Shown one piece after another: positions 1 through 8,917 of a DNA stretch of 64,000 nt (its first letter is position 1; each line of letters opens with the position of its first letter). The translations under genes were made by a program, and so were the position numbers. The DNA comes from an uncultured bacterium. Its GTDB lineage: Bacteria > Armatimonadota > Abditibacteriia > Abditibacteriales > Abditibacteriaceae. Where the stretch lies: contig CAWJLW010000006.1 in NCBI GenBank assembly GCA_963843795.1, positions 2,988,375-3,052,374 on the forward strand, written 5' to 3'. Below the pieces are notes generated by a model that was not told the origin of the DNA, did no database searches, and saw only the letters and a list, made by a program, of their open reading frames with translations.

Positions 1-498
1 TTTGGCGGCGCGCGCAAATAAGGCATCGGTCGAAATTCCCACGCCCGGTGCCAAACTGCCACCCAAATATTCGCCGCGCGCTGACACCGCATCAACGGTT
101 GTCGCCGTCCCAAAATCGACGATCACGCACGCGCTACCGAACTTGCGCCACGCCGCGACGCCATTGACCAGACGATCTGCGCCGACTTCGTGTGGATTGT
201 CGTAACGATTGACCAAACCCGTCTCGACGCCGCGCCCAATAACCAGTGGTTCCAAACGCAGATACCTGCGACACACACCAATCGCAGCGGGCGTGAGCGA
301 AGGCACGACGCTCGAAATCGCCGCGCCTTTCACGTCTGCAAAATCCAACTGCTGCGAAGAAAAAACAAAGCCCAAAAATGCGGCTAACTCGTCTTCAGTG
401 CGCTCGCGCAAGGTCGATAAACGCCACTGCGTCCATCTGTTATCGCGCCACGCACCGATGACGATATTGGTGTTACCAATGTCGAAAGCAAGAAACAT
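1..498 (-). CDS. coaX: Type III pantothenate kinase (3' end runs off the window)
   Basis: Manual translation from ATG 498 gives MFLAFDIGNTNIVIG...ISSVVP...VGADR...IVDFGTATTVD, the PanK-III motifs. Absent from the ORF track because it has no stop codon in the window. Confidence 0.9.
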   Translation of the reverse strand, partial: MFLAFDIGNTNIVIGAWRDNRWTQWRLSTLRERTEDELAAFLGFVFSSQQLDFADVKGAAISSVVPSLTPAAIGVCRRYLRLEPLVIGRGVETGLVNRYDNPHEVGADRLVNGVAAWRKFGSACVIVDFGTATTVDAVSARGEYLGGSLAPGVGISTDALFARAAK

Positions 499-609
499 AG
501 GCGGTGAAAGTGAACCGAAATACAGGCAACAAACGCCCCGCAAGTACTTGCGGGGCGAGTTTACAAAAGCGCGATTTACGCTCGAGATTCCGTTTGCATT
601 CCGCGAGAT

Positions 610-843
610 TTAACCTTTAGCTTTATTTTCATCGCTTTCCGGCACAGCCGCTTCGGCAGCTTCGAAACCGATGCGGCTGTGCGTGCCATCGCAGAACGGT
701 TTGTTAGTGCTAGCGCCGCAGCGACACAGGGAAAACTTTTCCTTGCCGATTTCGACCGGCGTGCCATCGGCCCATTCCATCTCGACATCGCCCGTCACAC
801 GCAGCGGGCCGTTCTTTGCAATCACGATTTTCACATCTGCCAT
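610..843 (-). CDS. CDGSH iron-sulfur domain protein
   Basis: NGPL...LCRCGASTNKPFCDGTH motif; AAGGAG RBS upstream. Confidence 0.9.
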   Translation of the reverse strand: MADVKIVIAKNGPLRVTGDVEMEWADGTPVEIGKEKFSLCRCGASTNKPFCDGTHSRIGFEAAEAAVPESDENKAKG

Positions 844-888
844 AATTTTTCTCCTTAATTCTCGCGCTGCAAGTACTTGCAGCGCACG

Positions 889-2043
889 TCACGCGCTTTC
901 GCTGTCATCTTCGCTCAATGAAGGGTCGCTTAAAGGGCGATCATTGAACGCGCTATCCAAGCGCACGCGCAGCAGATGCGGGCGCAGCATATTAGCGCGT
1001 AACTGGTCGCGTTCTTCGGCTGCTATAGCGCGGCCATGCAAAACTTGTAGGTAAGCGGGACGAATCCACACCATAAGTTCGTTGAAACGCTGACGCGTCA
1101 AGCCTTTGACCCAGTTCATTTCGTGGCCCAGCCGTAGCGCCGACAAATGTTCGGTCGCTTCGCGGCATCCGATGCGGCGAGCGTTGCGCAAAATGCCGAA
1201 AGCGCGACCGATGCCGTCGCGGGTTTCGCTTTCCCATTTTTCGGGCAACCTGGCGCGCGCCTCGCGCTCCATCTCGCACATCTCGCGCGCCGCGCGTTCG
1301 ATGTCCAGCAAAATTTGCGCTTCATCGGTGCCAATCGCGTTTTGATTCGACAATTGATGCACATCGCCCCACAATTTCGAGCCTTCGCCAAACGTGCCGC
1401 GCAAAACCAGACCACGATTTTCGCACCATTTGCGCGTGCGCTCGGTTTTGCCACTGATTTCCAGTGCCGGTAAATGCAACATCACGCTCGCGCGCAAACC
1501 GGTTCCCGCATTGGTCGGACAGGTCGTGAGATAACCGAATTTCGGATCGTAAGCAAAGCCACCACGACTGTCAAAGTGCGCTTCCAAAGCGTCGTCCAAC
1601 TTGTCGGCGAGATTAAATGCCGCGTCGAGTTGCAAGCCGGGCAGAAGGCTTTGCACGCGCAAATGATCTTCCTCATTGACCAGAACCGAAAGCGAAGCAT
1701 CGGAGCACGCGGCCAAACCGCGACCGAGTTCATCTTTGATATGTTCGCGCGAAGTGAGATGGCGGTCGATCAGACTTTGACGCTCCCAACCGGTGAACTC
1801 TTCAAAGGGCAGCAAGTGCGCGCCCGACAAGCCGCCGGGATTGTCGCCTGTGAGATGCAAAGCGGTGAAAATGCGGTGACGAATTAAGACCAAATCGTGG
1901 GCGGTGGCGCGGTGCGGAAATTCGAAGCGACGCAGGTTGCGCGCCAGTCGCACGCGCGACGAAAGCACGATATCGTTATCGCGCCCGCCGCGTCGCATCC
2001 AGCGCGCGGCACGGTCGAAACAGGTCAGCAAAAGTGGAGACAT
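889..2043 (-). CDS. mcsB: Protein-arginine kinase McsB (ATP:guanido phosphotransferase)
   Basis: SSRVRLARNL, VNEEDHLR, GYLTTCPTNAGTGLRASVMLHLPAL; adjacent to mcsA. Confidence 0.9.
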   Translation of the reverse strand: MSPLLLTCFDRAARWMRRGGRDNDIVLSSRVRLARNLRRFEFPHRATAHDLVLIRHRIFTALHLTGDNPGGLSGAHLLPFEEFTGWERQSLIDRHLTSREHIKDELGRGLAACSDASLSVLVNEEDHLRVQSLLPGLQLDAAFNLADKLDDALEAHFDSRGGFAYDPKFGYLTTCPTNAGTGLRASVMLHLPALEISGKTERTRKWCENRGLVLRGTFGEGSKLWGDVHQLSNQNAIGTDEAQILLDIERAAREMCEMEREARARLPEKWESETRDGIGRAFGILRNARRIGCREATEHLSALRLGHEMNWVKGLTRQRFNELMVWIRPAYLQVLHGRAIAAEERDQLRANMLRPHLLRVRLDSAFNDRPLSDPSLSEDDSESA

Positions 2044-2086
2044 ACAAACTTAATCGGCTTCAATGCGCTGCAAGTACTTGCAAGGT

Positions 2087-3013
2087 TTATTCATCATTGC
2101 GATGATCGACAATCGTCGATTCCACGATTTTAATTTTATCGCGCAGCCGCGCCGCTTCATCGAAATCTTCGTGTTTTAAGGCCCGTTCCAAACGTTCGCG
2201 CAGCATCGCCAAGCGGTTATCGCGCCGCGCGCGCAAATGCTCCAGACGGCGCTTACGGCGCGTCAGGGCGCGCGGCATTTTACCGATATGATGTGGGTCG
2301 GCGTTCATGCGCTGCATTGCGTCCTGCAATTGCGTAGCGAAAGTTTCATAACAGGTCGCACAACCGGCACGCCCATCTTCGCGCAAACGATCCCAAGTTG
2401 TGCCACATTTCGCGCAACGCACGGTATCCAAAGCACGCCGATTGGTTTCTCGCGGCTCGTCTATAGCTGCGAATGGATCGGAATTCTCGACAGCATCGTC
2501 GTTGCTTATCGCTGACAAATGCTCGTGAATGGCCTGCATATCGTGCTCGATGGCGCGCGTCAATTCTTCGTCAAGTTCACTAACAAATTCGCCCTCGTCA
2601 TCTTCACTCTCGTCATCCGCGACCAGTTCGCTTAGGTCGAAATTTTCGGAATCGAAATCATCGTCGGCAAAATCTTCGTCCAATTCGTCAACCAAATCTT
2701 CATCGGCGGGCCATTCTCCGCTTTTTTCCAATTTGTCTAGCGCAGCCAGTTTCGCCAACGACCATTTATCGTCATCGTTATCGAAAGCAAACGATTTAAT
2801 GGCATCTTCGGCGCTGAGATTTTCCAACAATTGCTGCACCAATTCTTCCAAGGGCGTGTCGGGCTGCAATTGCAAACCAGCCATCCAACCGATGTCAAGG
2901 GCCTGGGCGCGCGCGCAATTTTCGCACAAGCTCAGCTTCTGGCTCCGGTTGCCTGTCATTTTGGTAACGAAAACCGTCGCCAAGTTTTCATTGCATTTTT
3001 CGCAAGGTTTCAT
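2087..3013 (-). CDS. mcsA: McsA-like activator with UvrB/C motif and a long acidic insert
   Basis: Four CxxC pairs (CEKC, CENC, CAKC, CATC), HIGKMP, and C-terminal EDFDEAARLRDKIK. Confidence 0.85.
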   Translation of the reverse strand: MKPCEKCNENLATVFVTKMTGNRSQKLSLCENCARAQALDIGWMAGLQLQPDTPLEELVQQLLENLSAEDAIKSFAFDNDDDKWSLAKLAALDKLEKSGEWPADEDLVDELDEDFADDDFDSENFDLSELVADDESEDDEGEFVSELDEELTRAIEHDMQAIHEHLSAISNDDAVENSDPFAAIDEPRETNRRALDTVRCAKCGTTWDRLREDGRAGCATCYETFATQLQDAMQRMNADPHHIGKMPRALTRRKRRLEHLRARRDNRLAMLRERLERALKHEDFDEAARLRDKIKIVESTIVDHRNDE

Positions 3014-3185
3014 CAACAAGATATTTTAACCTGAAACATCTAATGAACCGCAGAGGATTCAAACAGCACAGAAACTTTGTAAATTCGTCTTCACCAAATT
3101 TGAGCCAATCAGCAACTGCAAATTTGGCAAATTGATTCTTCGAGAATTTCTATGGCTTTGTGCCCTCTGTGATTCATTTGAGTTG

Positions 3186-4082
3186 CTACCAAACCGGTTC
3201 GCCTTCGCTTTGGGTGATTTCACGAAAGCGCGCGATGATTTTCTTGGTTAATTCGCCCGGCGTGCCCGCGCCAATGATGCGATTATCGACCTTTGTCACC
3301 GGCACAACTTCCGCTGCACTGCCCGTTAGAAACACTTCTTCGGCTCCGTAAACGTCGAACAACGCCATATCGCGCTCGACGCATTCGATGCCCATTTCTT
3401 CCGCGATTTGCATGACCACATCACGCGTGATGCCTTCTAAAATACCCGCTGAAACCGGCGGCGTGCGCAGTTGCGCGCGGCCCGCGTAATCGCGCGTGTA
3501 AATGAATAAGTTGTCACCCGAACATTCAGCGACAGTGCCTTTGTCGTTAAGCATGATACATTCGGGCACGCCAGCGCGAATGCACTCGATTTTCGCCAGA
3601 ATATTGTTCAAGTAATTCAACGATTTAATCGCCGGATTCAAGGCATCGGGACGATTGCGCCGCGTGGAAACCGTCACGATTTCCATGCCTTGTTCATAAA
3701 CTTCAGAAGGATAAAGCGCAATGGTATCGGCAATGATAATCAGCGTCGGCTTGGGGCATTTGCGCGGATCAAGTCCCAGATCGCCCGGCCCACGCGACAC
3801 GATCAAACGAATGTAACCGTTTTCCAATTCGTTGGCCGCGACGGTTTGTTCGACAGCTTTTTTCAATTCCGCGCGTTCGAGCGGAATTTCCAACATGATG
3901 GCTTTGGCCGAGCGCCATAAACGTTCTAAATGCGCATCGTGACGAAAGATTCGGCGGTTATAAATGCGCAAACCCTCAAAAACACCATCGCCATAAAGAA
4001 AGCCGTGATCAAACACGGAAATTTTAGCGTCGGCTTTTGCGACCATGTCGCCGTTGAGATAGATTTGAATGTCTTTTTTCAT
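3186..4082 (-). CDS. ilvE: Branched-chain amino acid aminotransferase
   Basis: DHGFLYGDGVFEG, KSLNYLNN, ILEGITR, EVFLTGSAAE. Confidence 0.92.
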   Translation of the reverse strand: MKKDIQIYLNGDMVAKADAKISVFDHGFLYGDGVFEGLRIYNRRIFRHDAHLERLWRSAKAIMLEIPLERAELKKAVEQTVAANELENGYIRLIVSRGPGDLGLDPRKCPKPTLIIIADTIALYPSEVYEQGMEIVTVSTRRNRPDALNPAIKSLNYLNNILAKIECIRAGVPECIMLNDKGTVAECSGDNLFIYTRDYAGRAQLRTPPVSAGILEGITRDVVMQIAEEMGIECVERDMALFDVYGAEEVFLTGSAAEVVPVTKVDNRIIGAGTPGELTKKIIARFREITQSEGEPVW

Positions 4083-4126
4083 AACTTGCAGTGTGAAACT
4101 TTCGCGCGCACTTGTCTATGCTCTTA

Positions 4127-4204
4127 TTTTGCGCAGAGAGATTTGAGAGAAATCCCCCTGCAAGTACTTGCAGGGGGATTTCTCTCAAATCTCTCTGCGC
4201 AAAA
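4127..4204. repeat. 78-bp perfect palindrome centred on the iterated motif
   Basis: ttttgcgcagagagatttgagagaaatccccctgcaagt|acttgcagggggatttctctcaaatctctctgcgcaaaa, checked base by base. Confidence 0.95.
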
Positions 4205-4211
4205 CCCAACT

Positions 4212-5384
4212 TTACAATTGTTCGATTTCAATCCACGAACGCGTGTCGCTCGACTTGACAACGGCATCCAAAGCCGCGTTCACCTGAGCGCCATCTTTGA
4301 ACGTCGGGTGCGGACTTTCGCCGCGTGCGTGGCCTTGCAACAAATCATGCACGGTATTAATAAAAGTGTGTTCGTAACCAATGATATGACCAGCGGGCCA
4401 GTAAATGCCCGCATACGGCTGATCATTTTCATTGACATTGATGGTGCGAAAGCCTTGGCGGTCGGTCGGGTCTTCGGCGTTGAAATACTCCAGTTCGTTC
4501 ATACGCTCGAAGTTGAACGCCACGCTGCCTTTGCTACCGTTGATTTCAAAGGTATTGAAGTTGCGTCGCCCGTAAGCAAAGCGTGTCGCCTCAAAAACGC
4601 CCAAAGCGCCACCTTCAAAATGTCCCATAAAGGCCGTCGCATCATCCACAGTGACTTCGCCCATTTCGGTTGAGGCTTTGGCGGTCAAGCCTTCGCTACC
4701 GGTCGTCGCGGCTTGCAGAGGACGCTCTTTGACAAAGGTTTCCGTCGTGCCACAAACATCCAACAAGTTGCCGATGAGATACTGCGAAATATCGATGATG
4801 TGCGCGCCGATGTCGCCTAACGTGCCGCTGCCAGCGATTTCTTTTTGCAAGCGCCACACGAGCGGAAATTCTGGGTCGGCGATCCAATCTTGGAGATAAC
4901 GCGCGCGAAAATGGTAGATACGACCCAGCGTGCCATCTTCAATCATGCGCTTGGCGAGTGCAATCGCGGGCACACGGCGATAATTGAAACACACCATATT
5001 GACAACTTTGGCTTTTTCAACCGCAGCCAGCATTTGCTTGGCTTCGTCCAGATTATTGCCCAGAGGTTTTTCACAAAAAACGGTTTTGCCACCTTGCGCG
5101 GCGGCCAAAGCCATTGGCAGATGTTCGTTGCCGGGACTGGAAATGTCGATGATATCGATGTCCGAACGCGCGATGAGTTTTTCGTAATCGGTTTCGTAAG
5201 ATTCAAAACCGAACTGTTCGGCGGCGCGCGCGACGTTGGCTTCATTGCGTCCGCAGATAGCGCGCAAAACCGGTTTGACTTCTAAGTCGTCGAAAAATTT
5301 ATCGACTTGCCGATACGCGTTCGAGTGCGTTTTGCCCATGAAGGCGTAGCCAATGAGGCCGATGCCCACTTCTTTCTTTGCCAT
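4212..5384 (-). CDS. Gfo/Idh/MocA family oxidoreductase
   Basis: GLIGYAFMG Rossmann motif, CEKP, GTLGDIGAHIID. Confidence 0.9.
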   Translation of the reverse strand: MAKKEVGIGLIGYAFMGKTHSNAYRQVDKFFDDLEVKPVLRAICGRNEANVARAAEQFGFESYETDYEKLIARSDIDIIDISSPGNEHLPMALAAAQGGKTVFCEKPLGNNLDEAKQMLAAVEKAKVVNMVCFNYRRVPAIALAKRMIEDGTLGRIYHFRARYLQDWIADPEFPLVWRLQKEIAGSGTLGDIGAHIIDISQYLIGNLLDVCGTTETFVKERPLQAATTGSEGLTAKASTEMGEVTVDDATAFMGHFEGGALGVFEATRFAYGRRNFNTFEINGSKGSVAFNFERMNELEYFNAEDPTDRQGFRTINVNENDQPYAGIYWPAGHIIGYEHTFINTVHDLLQGHARGESPHPTFKDGAQVNAALDAVVKSSDTRSWIEIEQL

Positions 5385-5657
5385 GTTTATCTCCTTGTTG
5401 GGTGTGAATTGCGTTGAATTTTAACCCAAAGTTTCCTGCTAACAAGCGATTGTGGTGCAAAGAGCGGTGGCAAGTACTTGCCACCGCTCTTGAAAACGCC
5501 TCGCACCAAAATTTTCTGACATTTTGAACGTTGGCCACCAAAACATCCGCACCGCATTAGAACGCTTTTTGAAGCTGTGCGCTCTTCAGAGTTAAAATCA
5601 AATGCGCGGTGAAAATGAAGGCACTTATCGATTGCTTTTTCGTTTCGCAAATCTGCC

Positions 5658-6848
5658 ATGAACCAAACCTTTGCCACCGATGTAGCTACCATTGGAAAAA
5701 TTGCCGTTGTACACAAGATATTGGAAGTTGTGTGTCGCACCACAGGGCTGGGCTTTTCGGCGGTGGCGCGCGTGACGGAATCGCACTGGGTGGCGTGCGC
5801 AGTGCGCGACGAAATTCAGTTCGGCATGCAATCGGGCGATGAATTGCAACTCGCAACGACTTTCTGCGATACCGTGCGCAAGCACAGTCAGGAAATCGTA
5901 ATCGATCATGTTCAGGAAGACAAGCTTTTTTGCGATCATCCCACGCCCAAAATGTATGGCTTTCAAAGCTACATTTCTGTTCCTATCAATCTGCCCGATG
6001 GCCGTTTTTTCGGCACGCTGTGCGCCCTCGATCCACAACCGGCGCAACTCAAAACTCCCCAGACGCTGGGAATGTTCAAGCTTTTCGCCGACCTCATCGG
6101 TCAGCATCTCGACGCGCAGGAACGCATCCGAGTCAATGAAGCAGCGCTGCTGGATGAACGCGAAACGGCTCAACTGCGCGAACAGTTCATCGCCGTTCTG
6201 GGACACGATCTGCGTAACCCGCTGGCCGCTATCGCGGCGGGCGCTGAAATTTTGCGCGGTCTGCCCGACAACGAAGATAAAACGCCCATTCTCGACCTCA
6301 TCGAACGCAGCAGCAACCGCATGAACGGCCTGATTAGCAACGTCCTCGATTTCGCGCGCGGACGTTTGGGCGGTGGCCTGAATTTGCATCGCGTTTTCGC
6401 TGAAGGCTTAGAAGATACTCTGCAACAAGTCATCGCCGAATTGAAAACCGCGTGGCCCGGACGAACAATTGAACACGATTTTTCAATCCGCCAGCGCGTC
6501 TTTTGCGATAGCGAGCGTTTGGCACAACTGCTATCTAACCTGCTGGCCAACGCCCTCACGCACGGCGCGCCCGACAGCCCAGTTGTGGTGCGCGCTCATG
6601 GCGATGAAAACAATTTTCAGCTTTCGGTCACCAATCGCGGCCCCGACCTCGAACCCCAAATCATGGAACAACTTTTTGAACCGTTCGCACGCGGCACAGC
6701 CCGACCCGGCCAACAAGGTTTGGGATTGGGTTTATATATCGCCAAAGAAATCGCCCGCGCCCACGATGGTGTGCTGGAAGTCAGCTCGAAAAACGGTGAA
6801 ATCTGCTTCACCTTCACCATGCCAACCGCAACAGCTTCCAGCGAATAA
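5658..6848 (+). CDS. GAF-domain sensor histidine kinase (orphan)
   Basis: GAF region (SYISVPI...FGTLCALD), H-box LGHDLRNPL, N-box NLLANAL, GLGLGLYI. Confidence 0.9.
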   Translation: MNQTFATDVATIGKIAVVHKILEVVCRTTGLGFSAVARVTESHWVACAVRDEIQFGMQSGDELQLATTFCDTVRKHSQEIVIDHVQEDKLFCDHPTPKMYGFQSYISVPINLPDGRFFGTLCALDPQPAQLKTPQTLGMFKLFADLIGQHLDAQERIRVNEAALLDERETAQLREQFIAVLGHDLRNPLAAIAAGAEILRGLPDNEDKTPILDLIERSSNRMNGLISNVLDFARGRLGGGLNLHRVFAEGLEDTLQQVIAELKTAWPGRTIEHDFSIRQRVFCDSERLAQLLSNLLANALTHGAPDSPVVVRAHGDENNFQLSVTNRGPDLEPQIMEQLFEPFARGTARPGQQGLGLGLYIAKEIARAHDGVLEVSSKNGEICFTFTMPTATASSE

Positions 6849-6862
6849 AAGTGGCTCATCAA

Positions 6863-6902
6863 ACGAAAGCGCTCCTGCAAGTACTTGCAGGAGCGCTTTC
6901 GT
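6863..6902. terminator. 40-bp perfect palindrome between convergent genes (putative bidirectional terminator)
   Basis: acgaaagcgctcctgcaagt|acttgcaggagcgctttcgt between the stop codons at 6848 and 6917. Confidence 0.6.
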
Positions 6903-6916
6903 CATTCAGCTCAACA

Positions 6917-8722
6917 TCAAATTACGCCGCGACGCGACATTTGCTTTTCGCGGTTATTGGCGCGAATTGGTTTCACGGTGACCACATTTTCCGGTTCGTA
7001 ATCAATTAGTTTCAACCAATCTTCGAGCGTGTCAGTTTTGGGGAAGATTTCGTTTTCCTTGAACTCGGTCGCAATGGCTCGGCTCAAGTCTTCCTTACTG
7101 ATGCCTTCATCGCTCGATTTGTAATCGATGCTGCGCTTGATCGCGTAATTTTTGGCGCGTTCGACTACGCTCACAATTAAGGCACCGCTCAACAAATCGG
7201 AATAATACAACGTTTCGACACCGCCGCTGCGCGTATAAACCTCGACGAATTCGGTTTCTGGGCCGCGCCGAAACGCTTCGCTCATCGCGTGTTCAATTAA
7301 CGCTTCGCGCGCTTTGCTCTTGTCGCCTTCATTGGCTTCCAATAGTTGCGGGTCGAACGGTAAATCTTCGTTGAGATAAATGCCAAAAATATCTTTGGCC
7401 GCATCGTGATCGGGACGCAAAATCTTCACTTTGCGGTCGATGCGTTCGGGACGCAAAATCGCTGGGTCGATGTAGTCGGGACGGTTGGAAGTCAACATCA
7501 CGACGACGTTTTCCAGTGACACCAAACCATCCATTTCCGCCGAGAATTGCGGCACAACGGTGTTTTGAATGAACGAGCCTCCGCGCGAATTAGAACGCGT
7601 GCGCAACAGAGATTCGGCTTCGTCGATGAAGATGAAAACCAGATGTCCGGCTTTAGCTTTTTCGCGCGCGGTCTGGAAAATTTCCCGAATCTGGCGCTCG
7701 GTTTCGCCAAGCCACATATTCAAAATTTGTGGCCCGTTGATGAGCATAAAATATTCTTTCAAGTTCTGGCCGGTGCGCTCATTGAAAGCTTTGGTCAAAT
7801 TATACGCGGTGGCTTTGCCGATCAAGGTTTTGCCGCAACCGGGTGGGCCGTAGAGCAAAATGCCTTTGAGCGGTTTTTTGCCGAAGCGTTCGTAAAGTTC
7901 GGGATACAAAAGCGGCAATTCGATGGTGTCGCGAATCAGTTCAATGGCTTCTTCTTGACCGCCAACTTTTTCCCAGGGAATTTCCGGCACTTCTTCCAGA
8001 AAATACTCGCGCGTTTCATCACCGGCGAAACTTTCCAGAGCGACCTTGAAATTCGGCTCCATGCGCACTTCGTCGCCGTTTTTCAATTCGATATCTTTCA
8101 ATTTCTCGCCGCGATAAACGATGCGCGACTGTGTGCCTTGCGGATCCATGCCAATGCGCAGACGATTGTCGTCCAAAATGGCGTTGATTTTGGCAATCGG
8201 GCCGTTAGTCGCGGGGCCAAGATCGCCCACAATTGCGTAGGCTTCATTGACACGCACGCGCGTGCCGACTTCAAAGCGCCGCTCGCCTAACTTTTCCATC
8301 AATTTCGGATCAACCGTCACGATGTATTCCTGATCGCCCACGGCAATGGTTTGATATTCAGCTTCTTCGCCGTCATCATCCAAACTTTTGGGCGAAGGGC
8401 CAAGAAACACGCCGATGCGGTTGGCGGGCTGAGTCAGCTTTTCATAGACCTCTTCAAATTCTTGCAGCGCGGCCTGCGCTTCTTCGAATTGCTGGGCATC
8501 GACTTGAAGTTGGTGGCGCAGCAACAGCAAATACTGGCGCGCGCGCGGATCGTCGGGCGGAAAGTGGCTGAGAATTTCGTCCACAAGACCGCGCGCATCC
8601 ATCTGGGTTTCGGGCAATTGCCATTCGCCGCCGAAGCCGATGTCGGCGCGTTCGTTAAAATCATCGGGGTCGCGATTGAAATCATTGGAATCATCGCGGT
8701 TGCGTCCATTGCGTTTTGCCAT
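6917..8722 (-). CDS. arc: Proteasome-associated AAA+ ATPase (ARC/Mpa family)
   Basis: N-terminal coiled coil and two OB-like segments, LEEVPEIPWEKVGG, Walker A GPPGCGKTLIGKA, Walker B FIFIDEAESLLRTR, IDPAILRPERIDRKV, and ATEFKENEIFP as in ARC. Confidence 0.82.
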   Translation of the reverse strand: MAKRNGRNRDDSNDFNRDPDDFNERADIGFGGEWQLPETQMDARGLVDEILSHFPPDDPRARQYLLLLRHQLQVDAQQFEEAQAALQEFEEVYEKLTQPANRIGVFLGPSPKSLDDDGEEAEYQTIAVGDQEYIVTVDPKLMEKLGERRFEVGTRVRVNEAYAIVGDLGPATNGPIAKINAILDDNRLRIGMDPQGTQSRIVYRGEKLKDIELKNGDEVRMEPNFKVALESFAGDETREYFLEEVPEIPWEKVGGQEEAIELIRDTIELPLLYPELYERFGKKPLKGILLYGPPGCGKTLIGKATAYNLTKAFNERTGQNLKEYFMLINGPQILNMWLGETERQIREIFQTAREKAKAGHLVFIFIDEAESLLRTRSNSRGGSFIQNTVVPQFSAEMDGLVSLENVVVMLTSNRPDYIDPAILRPERIDRKVKILRPDHDAAKDIFGIYLNEDLPFDPQLLEANEGDKSKAREALIEHAMSEAFRRGPETEFVEVYTRSGGVETLYYSDLLSGALIVSVVERAKNYAIKRSIDYKSSDEGISKEDLSRAIATEFKENEIFPKTDTLEDWLKLIDYEPENVVTVKPIRANNREKQMSRRGVI

Positions 8723-8917
8723 GAGTTTTTGCCTTTTCACGAAAAGTCCGGTTTAAGACAAGCGAGAACGCGCGCGCGTTCCCCACGGACAGCCGCTTTT
8801 CGTTAGAAAAATGCTCTGCAAGTACTTGCAGCCTACTTTCCAACAAAGCGGCGCGCCACAACCGGCGCGCCTTGTTTTCAAACTGCGCGATTTTGCTCGA
8901 TTCAGTCCTTTTTGAAT

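Noticed and set aside
2..613. Plus-strand ORFs at the window start
   Set aside because: They are antisense to coaX, which has clear family motifs.
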